Origin: a virus
Direction: 5' to 3' (one strand)
Length of the DNA: 64,000 nt
IMG/VR virus record: IMGVR_UViG_3300044796_000159
Shown: piece after piece, positions 62,947 to 64,000 of the stretch
Layout: the number at the start of each line of letters is the position of its first letter
How positions within the stretch are numbered: position 1 is the first letter of the stretch
Position numbers and translations under genes: made by a program
The notes under the pieces: generated by a model
What the model saw: only the letters and a program-made list of their open reading frames with translations
What the model was told of the DNA's origin: nothing
Databases searched by the model: none

Positions 62947-63630
62947 TTATACCTTTCCGCTAAAATATTTACCACGGAATCCTGTATACTTTTTCTTAAA
63001 TTTCTTTAAGTTCGTTATAATTTGTTTCGTATTTAAGTCTGTCATTTCTCTCAAATACATTAAGATTGCTTTTTTATTGTACATTGGTACCAAGTCTGGG
63101 TTTTCAAATAAAACAGTTACCGCTTCTAAAACTATTCTTTCTTGTTTCTTATCAAACTTAATCTTCCACTTTTCAATTTCGTCTTTTAAAAGTAAAAGAA
63201 ATTCTTGATGCATCACTTCTTCTTCGAACGAAGACTTTAGTTCGCTGTCTTTCTTTTCAATTTTGTCTATAGTCGTCTTATCTAAAACAACATTAAGTCT
63301 GCTCTTACCATTAATTGTTTTACCTCTTTGAATAAACCAATTCTTAGCAACAACATTAAAATAACTGAATGCTTTACTACCTTTAGATGCGTCAAATTTA
63401 TTTAATATTTCAAAAAGAAAAGAGAGACAATCGTTCTTCATCATATCCACATCGCCGCCAGTGTGGAACTTATACACAAAAATTACATTTTCAATTAGCT
63501 TATCAAAAGAAGGTTTAATGTGTTTAACAAATATTACTTTCTTTTTTTCTAGGTCTGGCTCGGCCTGAAACTCTTCGATGTGTTCTTGCGTTACACCGTC
63601 GAAATAATTTTTATTTTTTTCTGTTTTCAC
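62947..63630 (-). CDS. Late-gene sigma factor (T4 gp55-like)
   Basis: Region 2-like NDCLSFLFEILNKFDASKGSKAFSYFNVVAKNWFIQRGK, size and operon position. Confidence 0.8.
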   Translation of the reverse strand: MKTEKNKNYFDGVTQEHIEEFQAEPDLEKKKVIFVKHIKPSFDKLIENVIFVYKFHTGGDVDMMKNDCLSFLFEILNKFDASKGSKAFSYFNVVAKNWFIQRGKTINGKSRLNVVLDKTTIDKIEKKDSELKSSFEEEVMHQEFLLLLKDEIEKWKIKFDKKQERIVLEAVTVLFENPDLVPMYNKKAILMYLREMTDLNTKQIITNLKKFKKKYTGFRGKYFSGKV

Positions 63631-64000
63631 TTTTGAATTCTTTTCCTATGGTTTGATATTCTTTCATTATATCGAAAGCAATATGAACTCCTTTGACAAT
63701 TCTTTGTACGCTTGGGTCATCCACAAGAATGGGCTGTTTCTGAATAATAAAATCTATAGCGTTCATAATTTCTTGCATGTCTTCGATAGTAGATGCAAAA
63801 AATTCTTCTACGGATGCTTTGTATTCTTGGGCATCTTTGAAAAAATGCTCAACGGTAATCTTATATTCGTCTTGCGCTTCTTGATTTTTTATTTGCTGAT
63901 TAGCTAATTCAGTTTGCTGTTCTTGATTTTTCTGTTTTAATTCTTCTATTTCTTTATTCTTTTTTTGAAGAGATTTTAATAGGAAAAATGCTAACGCACT
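63630..64000 (-). CDS. Coiled-coil protein, N-terminus beyond window
   Basis: Minus-strand open frame ...KSLQKKNKEIEELKQKNQEQQTELANQQIKNQEAQDEYKITVEHFFKDAQEYKASVEEFFASTIEDMQEIMNAIDFIIQKQPILVDDPSVQRIVKGVHIAFDIMKEYQTIGKEFKSENRKK. Confidence 0.6.

Noticed and set aside
1335-63907. Plus-strand ORFs in the track (e.g. 20866..21303, 17178..17519, 29428..29742, 19071 region, 43692..43877)
   Set aside because: All lie antisense to better-supported minus-strand coding sequence and show low-complexity or unfamiliar translations.
1-64000. Stop-codon reassignment (TAG/TGA/TAA)
   Set aside because: Corrected frames terminate at normal TAA, TGA and TAG stops at gene junctions; only one isolated in-frame TAA case (26340 ATG) was seen.
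1-64000. tRNA genes or CRISPR arrays within the window
   Set aside because: No cloverleaf-like or regular repeat-spacer element recognised by eye in the short intergenic gaps; a tRNA with abnormal loop could be missed, so a computational scan is still needed.

Overview
The window holds the structural and packaging module of a T4-like tailed phage (myovirus), with essentially every gene on the minus strand. From high to low coordinate it contains: gp55-like late sigma factor, gp5-like hub, gp25-like and gp6-like wedge proteins, very large baseplate/fibre proteins, DnaG-type primase, a fused Mre11-Rad50 (gp47-gp46) protein, terminase large subunit, portal, prohead protease, scaffold, major capsid, neck proteins, tail sheath, tail tube, tape measure, and a partial baseplate/tail-tube protein. 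The main observation is that the fragmented ORF track is not random decay. I found 46 positions in 21 genes where the reading frame must move by +1, and at every one the pre-shift frame has the Arg codon CGG in register. Skipping the C (reading GGN, Gly) restores the next ORF. I verified by hand that each CGG is in register with the start codon after accounting for earlier shifts, and that every reconstructed gene length is divisible by 3 after removing one base per site. By eye I found no in-frame CGG that is read through as an ordinary Arg codon, while out-of-frame CGG (AAC GGT, TTC GGT, GCG GTT) is common and harmless. Family-conserved glycines are regenerated at several sites: TerL ARQLG|MST, endonuclease VII VDHDHNTG|KVRGLLC, GIY-YIG/NUMOD3 ANTG|KK. 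This suggests genome-wide +1 recoding of CGG, i.e. a CGGN quadruplet or shift codon decoded as Gly. A frame-aware sequencing or assembly artefact looks unlikely but must be excluded with raw reads. Other items: fused Mre11-Rad50, a trypsin-like lipoprotein, a 2H phosphoesterase, three endonuclease VII-like genes plus a GIY-YIG gene, and aromatic heptad repeats in a fibre.
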